In this document: positions 1 through 10,286 of the stretch, one piece after another | How the letters are laid out: the number at the start of each line of letters is the position of its first letter | How positions within the stretch are numbered: the first letter of the stretch is position 1 | Assembly (NCBI GenBank): GCA_965242695.1 | Contig: CBDESU010000002.1 | Coordinates: 1,280,001 to 1,344,000 of the forward strand | Length of the DNA: 64,000 nt | Direction of reading: 5' to 3' | Source: Cenarchaeum sp. | Lineage (GTDB): Archaea; Thermoproteota; Nitrososphaeria; Nitrososphaerales; Nitrosopumilaceae | Notes under the pieces: model-generated | What the model saw: only the letters and a program-made list of their open reading frames with translations | Told to the model about the DNA's origin: nothing | Databases searched by the model: none | Program-made: the position numbers and the translations under genes

Positions 1-2
1 AC

Positions 3-3000
3 GCAACGGCCGGCCTGTACGCGGGCCTGTCGCTCGAGCAGGGCGGCCGCCGGGCAGTAGAGGCCGTGCGCGGCGCCGGCAGCGCGGTGCACATACTCGA
101 GATCGACCGCGCCGGCGCCCGGCTGCCGCCCGACGCATCCGGCTCGCTCGAGGTCCGGCGCCTGCCCGACCTGGGATCGCGCTCTGCGTTCGACGGAGCG
201 GAAGCGGCCCCCGTGTCCGACGCGCAGCGCCCGTCCGTCCGGTCGGCAGTCGTAGTCGACAACGCGTCCGTCGCCGTGTTTTTCGACGAGCCCGTGTCGG
301 GCGTCGAGGCGGCCGACTTTGGGGCGCTCACGGTCGGCGCGCAGGCCGACCCTCCCGTGTTCGAGGTCGCGCGCGTGTCGGGGTCTGGATCGTACCGCCT
401 CCTCCATGTGGCCGACGCCTCGCCTCCCGTGCCGCGCAACGCGCACGGCTCGCTTGCCATGGCGCCGGGATCGTTCGAGGACCTTGCGGGAAACCCGGGC
501 GCCGGCACGGGCGAGCCGGTATATGTGATACCGGGGCGCCTGACTGCCACGACGGACGGCCGGGCGCCCGTGCCGGCCACGCCCGGCATGTATGCAAGGG
601 CGATAGTGGCCGAAAAAGCCCTTGGCGTATCGCTCGACCTCTCGCCGCTCGGCGGGCTGCCGCTGCCGGCAGATGATCCCCTGACCCTGGACGCGTTTGA
701 TGCCGCCGTCATACTGCCGCCGGGCGCGTCCGTCGTCGGGGGAATGCCGGCCGACGGCATCGTGCGCGTGTCGGGGTCGCAGGCGGAGGCCGGCCCGCGC
801 GCATCGATCGGCGGCGGCCGCATCCTGGCCATGGCCGACACGGGGGGAGCCGGCGGCGCGCCGGTGCAATTTGATGCGCCGGCGGCAATAGTCGTACCGG
901 GCGCCGGCGGCGGCATCGCGTTCCTGCAGGAGCCGGGCGGCGCGCCGGCGGCGGTGCACGGCTCGTGCGGCGAGGCGGCCGGCTCGGCCGTGCGGCCCGT
1001 AGAACTGCGCGCCGCGGCAGAGGCGCACCTGAACGGGTCGGGCTCGTGCGCGGCCGACCTGGCCGGCGACAAGATCGTCGTATCCTTCGTCCTCACTACG
1101 GTCGGCGTCGCGGCGCGCGCAGAGGCCGGCGTGGCCGATCCAACAGTCGCCGCCGTGTGCGGGGGCGCCGCAGGGGCCGCCGGCGGCGAGGGAGCCGCCG
1201 GCCCTGCCGAATGCGCGCCTCCATACGCGGCAGTCCTCGACACCGGCGGGCTTGATGCCGCGGCGGTGGCCGTGTCCGCCGCACCCGGCCCACACGCGAC
1301 GGTCTTTGTCGCCGCCTCGAGCCCTGCCGGCCGCGTCGGAGACAGCGCCGCCGGCGAAGGGCCGTCCATACTCGTGTACGATGCGGGCGCCGGCTTGTCG
1401 CCTGCCGCCTCGTCGAGCCTTGGAGCCGGGCGTAAAGTCCTTGCGCTGGAGGCGGCCGCCGGCGGGGAGGCGGGAGGCGGCGGCCGGCCTGCCGCCGCCG
1501 CGTATGCTGTCGTTGCCACCCCGCCGGCCTCGGCTCCCGGCGGCGGCGAGGGGGCGCCGCCGGCGCCTCCTGCCGTGCTCGCGCGCATCAATGCAAGCGG
1601 CGCGGCCGGGCCGGGCGCCGTCCCCTTAGAGTACGTCGACGCCCGCGGGCTCGCCGCGCGCGTTGGGGCATCCGACAGGATACCGGCGCTGCACATCGAC
1701 GCGGCGGCGGGCCGGGCATACGTGGCCGTACTGGCGAACGCGAGCGCCCGCGGCGGCCTGGGAGGCGACGGCCCGATACTTGCAGTCGACACGGCGGCCG
1801 ATCCGGACAGGCTCCTGCGCCAGTACGCAGGCCCGTACGACACGCGGGCGGCGGCGGCCGCCGCCGGCTCGTACTACTACCCTGCCGAGGCATGGCGGCC
1901 GACGGCCCTTGCCGTGGCCGGCGGCGATCCTGCACTTGCGTACGCCGTCGGCGCCAGGCTGCCCGCGGGCGGATCCCCCGATGTCGGCGCGCCGCAGGGA
2001 ACAGAGTCGTACGGCATACAGGCCGTCTCGTTTGCAGGCGGCGGCGATCCGCCGGCATTCACGCCCAACTATACGCTGCGGGCGGAACTAGAGATCGCGT
2101 GGCCGCCGTCAACCATCCACGGCGCAGAGGTTCCCGGCCTGCCTGCGATCGGCGCCGTGCTCGACGCCGCCGGCGAAAAGCTGTACGTGCTGTACGGGAA
2201 CGGGACGCTGTCCGCGTACGATGCGGGCTCTGTCCGCGGCCAGGCCTCGCCGACCCCGCTCCTGCGCCAGCTGTACGTCCTTGACGAGATCGGCGGCCCG
2301 TCCGCCCTGGCCTCCTACGCGCCCTCCTCGGACGGTAGCGGCGGCATACTGTACGCGGCCGGCTCGGCAGGCATAAGGGCGTACGACATGCGCGCCGACA
2401 TGCTGATCGGCTCGGCCGCGATAGGCGGCATCGTCGACATGGACGCCGCGGCCGGCGGCACCCTGTACGCCGTGGGCCGCAACGGTACGGCCGTCGCAGT
2501 CGGGGATGCCGCGGCTCCCCCCGGCCTCCGCCCGTCCGCGCTCGAGTCCCTCGTGGCGGCCACGCCCGACGGCGGCACGGCACTCGCCGCGCCGGGCAGG
2601 TACGACAACGTCTCGCTCGTCCTGGACAGGCCGGTCAGGCTGGCGGCCGACCCGCCGGGGTCTGCCGTGCTCGGGCCCGGCTCGCGCATCGCCATTCTGG
2701 TGCCGCCGTCCGGCATCGTCGCGGTGGAGGGCATTGCGTTTGACGGCACGCGGTGCCCCGCGGGCTCGGATCCTTCCGATCCAGAGTCTGCCGCCATACG
2801 CGTCTCGGACGGGGCGTGGGCCGCCGAACGGCAGCCGCCGCAGCTGGGCGGCAGCGTAGCGATACTGTCCAACTCGTTTGCGGGCACGTGCGGCGCCGCG
2901 GTCGCCTCGAACGCGACGGCCGCCACGGGCCTTGCCGTCCGCTCAAACACGATCGAGTCCGCCGGCGCCGGGTACTACGGCGCGGCCATCGCGGTATCGG

Positions 3001-5675
3001 GGCTCGCCGGCGCCGCATCGGTCGAGTCGAACCGCGTGATCGGCGCGGCCGGGCACGCCGTGTCCGTGCACAACGCTTCGGGCGCGGTCGTATCGGAAAA
3101 CCGCATAGAGGATGCGTCGGGCGGCGGGATAGCCGTCTCGTCGTCGTCGGCCGTGCGCATTGCGGGAAACACGCTCGCCGGGCTCGCCGGCCCGGCCGTC
3201 CTTGTGCGCGATGCGCGGCCGGCTGATGAGGCTGCCGGCACGGCAGGCATCTTCTCGGACGGCGTGGCCGCCACCCTCAACGCCGTCTACGGGACGGACG
3301 TCGCACTGAGCGTCGAGGGTGGGGCCGGGCCGCGGAACGGATCGGGCGCCGCCTCTTCCCCGCCTCCGGTCCGCTTCAACTTCAACGCGCTGCACGCCCA
3401 CGGGGGCCTGGCCCCGTCGGTATCCATCTCGGCGGCCGGCGTGCCGGTCGACGCGCGCAGCAACTACTATCCGGGACTAGAGCCCGGCTCGTACCCACGC
3501 CTGGCCGGCTCGGCGGCGGAATACGCCCTGTCCGAGCCCGCCGCGGCGCCCCCGGGAGGGCCCCTGCGCATAGGGGTCCTGCTCGATGCCGCGCACCTCC
3601 CGCACGTCGACGGGCCCGCGCTAGAGGCGGCGCGGGCAGCGGCAGACGAGGCCAACCGGCGCACCGCCGGGCATGCAGGCCTCACGCCCGTCGAGCTGCA
3701 CGAGGCGCGCGGCGCCGCCAGCGACATGCCCGCCGCCGCCGAGGCCCTTGCATCCGGCGCCGCATACGACGCGCGCTACGAGCCCGTCCTTCTCGGGAGC
3801 ATCGCCGACGCCGCGTCGTGGCATGCCGCATCGCCGGGCGATGCGCTCGCCAGGATCGCCGCGGTCCCCTACAGGGGCCATGTGCTGTTCGCGGCCGACG
3901 CGTCGGGTACGGTCCTTGCCGCCTCGGATGCGGGCGCTAGCGCTGCGCGCATGGAACCGGGCCGGCCCCTGCCAGCCGCCGCGGCCAACCCGGCCGCGTT
4001 CGCCGCCACAGTCGGCCGGCTCGGCAATGCGAGCGCCGCGGGCGGCGGTACCGCCGCCGGAACGGCCTGGCTCGGCCATGCGTTGCCCGACGGTCGCATA
4101 GTGCGCACCCTGCTGATGGCCGCCTCGGGCGGAACCCTCCTCGGCGCCTCGTACGATGCGGGCGCGCCGCCGCGCGCATACGTGGGCCCCGTCTCGTCGG
4201 CCGGCTTGGCCGCCGCGGCGGCGGCACTGCCGGCCGGCACGCCGATCGTCTCGCCGGGCGCGGTCGATGGCAGCATCGTCGCCGCCGCCGGGCCGGCGGT
4301 GTTCAGCATGGCCCCCACCTCGGACAATGCGGCGGCGCCCGTGGCCGGGCAGGTAATGTCCGAGGAGCGCGTGGCCGCCGTCATACCGGTGGTCCAGGCC
4401 GACGACTACTCGCTCCGGTTCGCCGCCGCCGCCCTTGCCGAGTACGCGGACAGGTCGGAAGGCAACGACGGCGGCGGCACGGTCCTCCACTCCGTCTCGT
4501 TCGCGCCGTCCGAGGAGTCGGCCGAGTTCTGGTCGTCCGCGGCAGACGGCATGGAAGAGGCCGCGGCCGGCCTGGCCCGGCGCGGCCTGGACCCGTACGA
4601 GGTCGCCGTCTTGTACGTCGGCGGCGGCGGCCCCTTCGAGGCGCTCGCCGGGCAGGCCCTTGCCCGCCCCGCCCTTGCGGGCGCGCAGTGGTATGTGGGC
4701 GATGCGATCGCACAGATGTCGCAGGCGGGGGAAGGGCAGGGCGGCGTCGGCCGCTCGTCGCCGTGGTACGCCCCGGGCGCGGCCGGCCCGGGCAACGCCA
4801 CGTCGGCCGAGGCCCTCTCGCGCCGTACGGCGCTAGTCGCGTTCGCGCTAGAGCCCGCCCGCGGCATCGGCATCGACACGGCAGCCGGGGCGGCCGCCGA
4901 GTCCGTCCTAGGCGAGATCCGCCTAAGGCAGGCCGCGTCGGCATCGGCGGATCATCCTGCCCCGGCGGGCGGAGGATCCGGCGAGACGCCCGCCACCGCG
5001 TACGCATACCTTGCGTACGATGCAGTCCTTGCGCTGGCCATGGCCGTGCCGGCAGCCGAGGCGGCCGATCCGGCGGCGCCCGACTACGGCGCGGCGATCC
5101 GGCAGGCCGCATCGGCCCCGGCGGACCTGCGCGGCGGAATCGTCCGCGGCGCCGCATTCGATGCGGGCGGCTCGCTGGCGCACCCCTCCCCGTACGCGCT
5201 CTGGGCGTCGGCGCCGTCGGGGCCGCCCGTCCGCGCCGGCACTGTGGCCAGCCCGCCGCCCCTGTGCGGAATCGCGCTTTCCGACGGGCGGCTCGACTTC
5301 GGCGGCGTGCGGCCCGGTGGGGCATCGGACCCCGTCCCGCAGCGCGTTGCAAACGCGGGCACGGCCCCGCTCGAGGCGGTCGAAATTGAGGCGACGGGAT
5401 GGACGGCGGCCGCGGCCGAGTCGGGCAGCGCCGCCCCTGTCCTCCTCCCCGCGGGCCTCACCGAGGTGGCCGCCGGCCGGCTCCCGCCGGGCGCGCCGCC
5501 CACAGCCGTGCCGCCGGGCGAGTTCTCGCCGGTCTCGGAGGTAGGCGGCATGCTCGCGGGCCTGGCGCCGGGCAACTCGGCGCGGCTCCAGTTCGTGCTG
5601 AACATGACGTCCGTCCAAGATGCCCCCGACGTCCCCGTCGAGCAGCGCGTGACGTACACCGCGGCCTGCGGATGA
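3..5675 (+). CDS. Giant Ala/Gly-rich multidomain surface protein (5'-partial): beta-propeller-like region, right-handed beta-helix repeats, periplasmic-binding-protein-like region, C-terminal Ig-like domain
   Basis: Frame is open from position 3, so the gene starts upstream of the window. PbH1-like repeats (VESNRVIG, VSENRIED, IAGNTLAG). PBP1-like motifs 'LRIGVLL..AADEAN', 'YVGPVSS', 'YAYLAYDAV'. C-terminal 'LDFGGVRPG..QRVANAGTAPL..VTYTAACG'. Confidence 0.75.
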   Translation, partial: ATAGLYAGLSLEQGGRRAVEAVRGAGSAVHILEIDRAGARLPPDASGSLEVRRLPDLGSRSAFDGAEAAPVSDAQRPSVRSAVVVDNASVAVFFDEPVSGVEAADFGALTVGAQADPPVFEVARVSGSGSYRLLHVADASPPVPRNAHGSLAMAPGSFEDLAGNPGAGTGEPVYVIPGRLTATTDGRAPVPATPGMYARAIVAEKALGVSLDLSPLGGLPLPADDPLTLDAFDAAVILPPGASVVGGMPADGIVRVSGSQAEAGPRASIGGGRILAMADTGGAGGAPVQFDAPAAIVVPGAGGGIAFLQEPGGAPAAVHGSCGEAAGSAVRPVELRAAAEAHLNGSGSCAADLAGDKIVVSFVLTTVGVAARAEAGVADPTVAAVCGGAAGAAGGEGAAGPAECAPPYAAVLDTGGLDAAAVAVSAAPGPHATVFVAASSPAGRVGDSAAGEGPSILVYDAGAGLSPAASSSLGAGRKVLALEAAAGGEAGGGGRPAAAAYAVVATPPASAPGGGEGAPPAPPAVLARINASGAAGPGAVPLEYVDARGLAARVGASDRIPALHIDAAAGRAYVAVLANASARGGLGGDGPILAVDTAADPDRLLRQYAGPYDTRAAAAAAGSYYYPAEAWRPTALAVAGGDPALAYAVGARLPAGGSPDVGAPQGTESYGIQAVSFAGGGDPPAFTPNYTLRAELEIAWPPSTIHGAEVPGLPAIGAVLDAAGEKLYVLYGNGTLSAYDAGSVRGQASPTPLLRQLYVLDEIGGPSALASYAPSSDGSGGILYAAGSAGIRAYDMRADMLIGSAAIGGIVDMDAAAGGTLYAVGRNGTAVAVGDAAAPPGLRPSALESLVAATPDGGTALAAPGRYDNVSLVLDRPVRLAADPPGSAVLGPGSRIAILVPPSGIVAVEGIAFDGTRCPAGSDPSDPESAAIRVSDGAWAAERQPPQLGGSVAILSNSFAGTCGAAVASNATAATGLAVRSNTIESAGAGYYGAAIAVSGLAGAASVESNRVIGAAGHAVSVHNASGAVVSENRIEDASGGGIAVSSSSAVRIAGNTLAGLAGPAVLVRDARPADEAAGTAGIFSDGVAATLNAVYGTDVALSVEGGAGPRNGSGAASSPPPVRFNFNALHAHGGLAPSVSISAAGVPVDARSNYYPGLEPGSYPRLAGSAAEYALSEPAAAPPGGPLRIGVLLDAAHLPHVDGPALEAARAAADEANRRTAGHAGLTPVELHEARGAASDMPAAAEALASGAAYDARYEPVLLGSIADAASWHAASPGDALARIAAVPYRGHVLFAADASGTVLAASDAGASAARMEPGRPLPAAAANPAAFAATVGRLGNASAAGGGTAAGTAWLGHALPDGRIVRTLLMAASGGTLLGASYDAGAPPRAYVGPVSSAGLAAAAAALPAGTPIVSPGAVDGSIVAAAGPAVFSMAPTSDNAAAPVAGQVMSEERVAAVIPVVQADDYSLRFAAAALAEYADRSEGNDGGGTVLHSVSFAPSEESAEFWSSAADGMEEAAAGLARRGLDPYEVAVLYVGGGGPFEALAGQALARPALAGAQWYVGDAIAQMSQAGEGQGGVGRSSPWYAPGAAGPGNATSAEALSRRTALVAFALEPARGIGIDTAAGAAAESVLGEIRLRQAASASADHPAPAGGGSGETPATAYAYLAYDAVLALAMAVPAAEAADPAAPDYGAAIRQAASAPADLRGGIVRGAAFDAGGSLAHPSPYALWASAPSGPPVRAGTVASPPPLCGIALSDGRLDFGGVRPGGASDPVPQRVANAGTAPLEAVEIEATGWTAAAAESGSAAPVLLPAGLTEVAAGRLPPGAPPTAVPPGEFSPVSEVGGMLAGLAPGNSARLQFVLNMTSVQDAPDVPVEQRVTYTAACG

Positions 5676-5801
5676 CGACGAGGCTCCCGCCTCGCGCGGC
5701 CCGCCTCCGCGCGCCTGCCGCATCGGGCGCTAGGCCCCTCAGACGGGCAGAATGCCCGCCCCGTCCCTATCTTCATAACCCCCGCGCCGGGCGCCTCGGG
5801 C

Positions 5802-7562
5802 ATGCCCGCCGCGTCCGAGGCCGCCGCCGCCGTCGAGCGCTGCTTTGCATCGCCGCCCGAGTACGAGGAGGAGCATGCGGGCGCGCCCGCCGGCCGCCGG
5901 TCGATGACGCGCGTCGGCGACCTGCTCGAGGCGCGCTACCGGGTGGTGCCCGCGCGCGCCCAGATCCGCCGCAACCTTGCGGCCCGCCGCGCGGCCGGAC
6001 TCCCCCCGTACCCCGGCATAGTCGGGTTCGGCGGGACGGTCGAGCCGGCCGTCGACAGGGCCCTGCTGGCCGGCCACGACATGCTGCTAGTCGGCCAGGT
6101 CGGCCAGGCAAAGACGATGCTTGCGCGGGCGATCGCCGAGACGCTGCTCTCGGAGATGCCGGTCGTGCGCGGCAGCGCCACGAGCGACTGCCCGCTGGAC
6201 CTGCCGCCGGCCGAGCTTGCCGCCGCGCTGGAGGGGCGCGAGCCCGCATCGGACAGGCCCTCATTCCACGTCAGCCCCGACAGCCTCGAGGCGATCAGGG
6301 ACGGCGGCCTCGAGACCCGGATAGAGTGGAGGCCCGGCGCGGACAGGTTCCGCTACGTGCTGGCCACGCCGGACCTGTCGGTAAAGGACCTGGTCGGGCA
6401 CGTCGACGTGGCTAGGGTGGCCCGGCGCGGAACCGCGACGTACCGCGTCGAGTCGTACTCGCCGGGGCAGCTCATGCAGGCCAAGCACGGGCTGCTGTGC
6501 GTCGACGAGCTGCCCGTCATGGACCCGAAGAAGCAGGTGGCACTCCTCTCCGTACTGCAGGAGGGGATGTTCACGACGGGCGCCTTTCCGGTGGCGTTCG
6601 AGCCGCGCGCAGTGCTCGTCGCCACGGCAAACCCTGTCGACTATACCCACTCGGGGCGGATAGTCGAGCCGCTCTCGGACCGCCTGCGCAGCCACATCCG
6701 CACGCACTATCCGCGGACGGCCGGCGACGAGATGGCCATCGTGCTGGCCGAGGCGTGCGGACGCGCCGAGCCCGACGCGCGCGCCCTGCCGTCCGAGCCC
6801 GCAGTGCGGACAGTAGCCGCCGTGCTGGCCGGCATGCGGTCCAGCCCCCACATCGACCAGGCGCGGGGCGTGAGCACGAGGATTGGAATACACGGCCTAG
6901 AGGCGCTCGTCGCCGAGGCCGAGCGCGTGCGGGGCCTGGCCACGCCGGGCGGCGGCAGCGGGGGCGCGGCGGCAGCGGAGGCCGCCTCGCCGCGCCTGTC
7001 CGATCTGCATGCGCTCTGGCAGGCGGCAAAGTTCGACCTTGCCGAACTGGACGGGACGGACGGGAACAGGCGCGAGGTGTTTGCGGGTATAGTCGACGGG
7101 GCGGTGCGCGCGGCCGCCGCCGAGGCCCTGGGGGACGCGGGCGCCGGAGCATCGGCCGAGGGCGCACTCGAGGCGGTGCGCGCCGAGTTCGAGGGGGGCG
7201 GCGGCGCCTCTGCCGGCACTGGTGCCGCCCCGCCCGTGTTCCGCGTCTCGCAGCGCGCGCGCTGGGGAGAGGGAGGCGCCGGCAGCGGGGGAGAGGGGGA
7301 CGTCCCGTCGTACTCGGGGCAGCTGGCCCGGCTTCCAGTCCTGGCCCGGATGGTCGATGCGGCCGCGGCAGCGGCGGTGGCTCGCCACGTGCGGCTATGC
7401 GCCGCGGCCGGCCTGCCGCCCGAGGGCCGCGTCGCGGCGGGGCCGGCCGGCGAGGCGGCCGGCGACCTGCGCTGCATGGTGGCAGAGATGCTGCTGGAGG
7501 CGCTGCGGTGGTCCAAGCCCAAGGTGCTGGACAGGCGGGACGGCCGGTATGTCGCTGCTTGA
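5802..7562 (+). CDS. Magnesium chelatase ChlI/MoxR-like AAA+ ATPase
   Basis: Walker A-like 'LLVGQVGQAKT', Walker B 'LLCVDELP', 'ATANP', 'LSDRL'; paired with downstream VWA gene. Confidence 0.85.
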   Translation: MPAASEAAAAVERCFASPPEYEEEHAGAPAGRRSMTRVGDLLEARYRVVPARAQIRRNLAARRAAGLPPYPGIVGFGGTVEPAVDRALLAGHDMLLVGQVGQAKTMLARAIAETLLSEMPVVRGSATSDCPLDLPPAELAAALEGREPASDRPSFHVSPDSLEAIRDGGLETRIEWRPGADRFRYVLATPDLSVKDLVGHVDVARVARRGTATYRVESYSPGQLMQAKHGLLCVDELPVMDPKKQVALLSVLQEGMFTTGAFPVAFEPRAVLVATANPVDYTHSGRIVEPLSDRLRSHIRTHYPRTAGDEMAIVLAEACGRAEPDARALPSEPAVRTVAAVLAGMRSSPHIDQARGVSTRIGIHGLEALVAEAERVRGLATPGGGSGGAAAAEAASPRLSDLHALWQAAKFDLAELDGTDGNRREVFAGIVDGAVRAAAAEALGDAGAGASAEGALEAVRAEFEGGGGASAGTGAAPPVFRVSQRARWGEGGAGSGGEGDVPSYSGQLARLPVLARMVDAAAAAAVARHVRLCAAAGLPPEGRVAAGPAGEAAGDLRCMVAEMLLEALRWSKPKVLDRRDGRYVAA

Positions 7563-9147
7563 CGGCATGGATGCCGAGTACTATGCAAGCGCCGGCCGGG
7601 ACGGCGGGCAGGCCGAACGGGAGGGCGCGGACGGCGCGCGCCGGCCGGATGCCGAACCGCGGCCGGAGGACGGCGGGAGGTACAAGGACGGGGACGGGGA
7701 GAATGCGGCGGCCCGCGGCGGCGGGGACGGCGAGACATCCGCCGCTGCGGCCGCCGCCCGGCGGGCCTCGGCCGCCGATCTCTCTGCGATTGCGGGCGTG
7801 CTCGCCGGCCTGGCCGTCCGCGAAAGGCCGCCCGATCTTGCCGACCTTGAGCGGCTTGTCGGGGATGCGCTCTCGGGGGGAGGCGCCGGCACGACCAAGG
7901 GGGGTGCCGGAGCTGGACAAGGCGCGCCCAAGGGAGATGCCGCCGGCCCGCCGCCCTCGCAGCGTGCAACCGGCGGGGATGCCGCCGGCCCGTCGCAGCC
8001 GTTCGTCGACATGCTGCGCGGAACGGGGTACCTGAGGGACGGGCCGCCCGGGGGCGCCGGCCCGCGCTGGCTGACGCGCCGCGGCTTTGCCGCCGTCGGC
8101 GACCATATCCTGCGCGACGTCATGCGCGGCATGGATCCCCTCGGGTTCGGCCCGCACGAGACGGCGCGCCGCGGGCCGGGCTCGTCCGTGATTCCCGACC
8201 AGACGCGCCGACTCGAGCCGGGCGAGCCTGCAGACGTAGGCCGGATAGACGCGGTCCGAACTGTGCTCAACGCCGTGTCTAGGGCGGCCGGCGCCCGGCA
8301 CCGCGGCGACGATCCCTTTCCGATCGACATCACTCCCTCGGACGTCGAAGAGGCAGTGCCGGCCCGCGACGCCGGTGCGGCCGTCGTGTACTGTATCGAC
8401 CTGAGCTCTACGATGAAGTACCGCCTCGGCGGGCCTGGGGGGCCAAGCCGGATCGAGGCAGCCAAGAGGGCCCTATGGGCCCTGTGCGCGCTCGCACGCC
8501 GGAGCTTTCCGGCCGATTCGGTCTCGATTGTCGCGTTCGCCTCGCTTGCCGCGCGCGTCGCGCCCGAGGACATACCGCACCTGCGCACGTTCGAGGCCGG
8601 CGACGAGAACCTGCACTACACGAACTACCAGGCCGCCCTGCGCCTGGCCTCGCGCATACTCGACAGGGAGGCGGCCGGCAGGAACCGGCGTATAGTCCTC
8701 GTAACGGACGGCCAGCCGAGCGCGTGCCTTGTGGAGACCGAGTACCAGAGGGGCAGGGTGCTGTCGGCAAAGCCGTACGCAAACCTGTACGTGCCGGGCG
8801 CCGAGGCTGTCGGGCGCATCGGCCGCGAGAGGGCCATGGACTTTGCGGGGCTTGCAGGCGCAGCGCGGCATCCGTCGGGGCGTCCTGGCGGCGGCGCCAT
8901 GGTCTACCTGTGCTACAGGCACAAGCGCATCGACCCCGTAATCGACGAGTGCACCGTGCGCGAGGCCGTCAGGTGCGCCAAGCGCGGTGCCCGGATCGAC
9001 ACGATCGTGGTCAGCGACGAGTCCGAGCTCATCGAGTATGCCGACTCGCTAGAACGGCGGCTCGGCGGCATTGCGTACCACGTTTCCGGCCCGAACATGG
9101 GGCGCCTCGTCGTGCGCGACTACCTGAGGGGGGCGCGGCGCGGGTAG
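7549..9147 (+). CDS. von Willebrand factor A domain protein (partner of the AAA+ ATPase)
   Basis: MIDAS 'IDLSSTM', 'HYTNYQAAL', 'VLVTDGQP'. ATG at 7549 overlaps the end of the ATPase gene and is in frame with ORF 7222..9147. Confidence 0.85.
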   Translation: MSLLDGMDAEYYASAGRDGGQAEREGADGARRPDAEPRPEDGGRYKDGDGENAAARGGGDGETSAAAAAARRASAADLSAIAGVLAGLAVRERPPDLADLERLVGDALSGGGAGTTKGGAGAGQGAPKGDAAGPPPSQRATGGDAAGPSQPFVDMLRGTGYLRDGPPGGAGPRWLTRRGFAAVGDHILRDVMRGMDPLGFGPHETARRGPGSSVIPDQTRRLEPGEPADVGRIDAVRTVLNAVSRAAGARHRGDDPFPIDITPSDVEEAVPARDAGAAVVYCIDLSSTMKYRLGGPGGPSRIEAAKRALWALCALARRSFPADSVSIVAFASLAARVAPEDIPHLRTFEAGDENLHYTNYQAALRLASRILDREAAGRNRRIVLVTDGQPSACLVETEYQRGRVLSAKPYANLYVPGAEAVGRIGRERAMDFAGLAGAARHPSGRPGGGAMVYLCYRHKRIDPVIDECTVREAVRCAKRGARIDTIVVSDESELIEYADSLERRLGGIAYHVSGPNMGRLVVRDYLRGARRG

Positions 9148-9257
9148 CGCAGTCGTACCCGTAGGACTTGTACCCGTCTCGGTCGCCGGCGATCTACCTT
9201 TGCCCCACGGATGTACACGTCTGTCTCTTTTAGCATTATAGTGCGCGGCGGAGAAAA

Positions 9258-9293
9258 GACGTGTTGTACCTCGGCCCCCGACGTGTTGTACCT
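9258..9293. repeat. 14-bp direct repeat GACGTGTTGTACCT x2 (9258-9271, 9280-9293)
   Basis: Read directly from the sequence; 22-bp periodicity, at the left edge of the low-GC island. Confidence 0.8.
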
Positions 9294-9355
9294 GCCCGAT
9301 CCTGCACACGCGGCGCGCTGGGTTTTGGCGGCACATTCGTACACATGATATGTAA

Positions 9356-10286
9356 TTAGCCAATCTTAAACTCTGAGCGGAGTTTTTTGATGTAATCTTT
9401 CTTGTTGAACTTGAGATATCCTTTTGAGGTTGGACTTCGGAGCGTCAATTCGGTCACTGCGTTTATCTCTATGCTTTGGGGGACGACACCGTGGTATCGC
9501 TCTGGCGGTTGCACTGTGCCGAGTCCGTAGGGACGATCTACGGTTACATATCTTTCTATCACCTCTTTCGACGTAAGCCAATTGACAAGTCTGATAAAGG
9601 CGTTGGCATCATAGTTTGGTAAAATGCGGCTTTGGGCCCTATAGTCACGCATTGAGCGAAACCACTCTTGTCTGTCCATGTGTGATGCGGCACGGATAAT
9701 TTTTCCTATAGACTCTGCTTGCGCTTTGATTTCGGGAGGTATTGTCAACCCGAATATTTTATCAATGCTCACATCTACTCCAAAATTTACTTCGTCAATC
9801 TCCAAGTCGGTGTAGATGCTTTCTAACATTTTTAGGTTTCGAAGCCCCGACTCAAGCCAGTAATTCTCGACATCTTCATTTCTAACAGGGTTCGCCGCAG
9901 GTTTTATATATACAAGCTGGTCCAACGCACCCTTGCTGACTTTCCCTTCCATGGTCACAAGATATGTTTCAGAAAATGGCAATTTGTTAGCATCAAGAAC
10001 ATACTCTGATCCGATTCGTTTCCACTCATGCCTGTGCTGGTTGAATGCGCTATCGAACATCTTGGTGACTACAAAGTTTTCATGTGCTGGCACGACTATT
10101 TTCCTTTGCCTTTTTCTCCAGCCATCGGGAATACTAATCTTAAATGATATCTCGCAGGTGTGCTTGGCAAAATTTATTGAGACTTTGAGTCTCTGGCCTG
10201 AAATCCGAAAAAAATTGCTTGAGCCGGGCGCAAACGTCGATTAGCGTATTTGCAGCATTTATACTGTCATTTATTGTGGGATCCAA
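9356..10286 (-). CDS. Hypothetical protein of low-GC island, probably frameshifted at A7 tract 10208-10214
   Basis: The frame of ORF 9356..10093 stays open up to 10240. A TTG at 10286 overlapping the upstream gene end reads LDPTINDSINAANTLIDVCARLKQFF and joins that frame if one base is removed from the A7 run. Confidence 0.6.

Noticed and set aside
5802-9147. ChlI-like ATPase as evidence of chlorophyll synthesis or a novel system
   Set aside because: AAA+/VWA pairs are widespread chaperone-like modules; no ChlH/CobN partner lies nearby.
9258-9293. Possible CRISPR array at the short direct repeats (also 53499-53596)
   Set aside because: Only two copies each, unit or spacer sizes unconvincing, and no cas genes.
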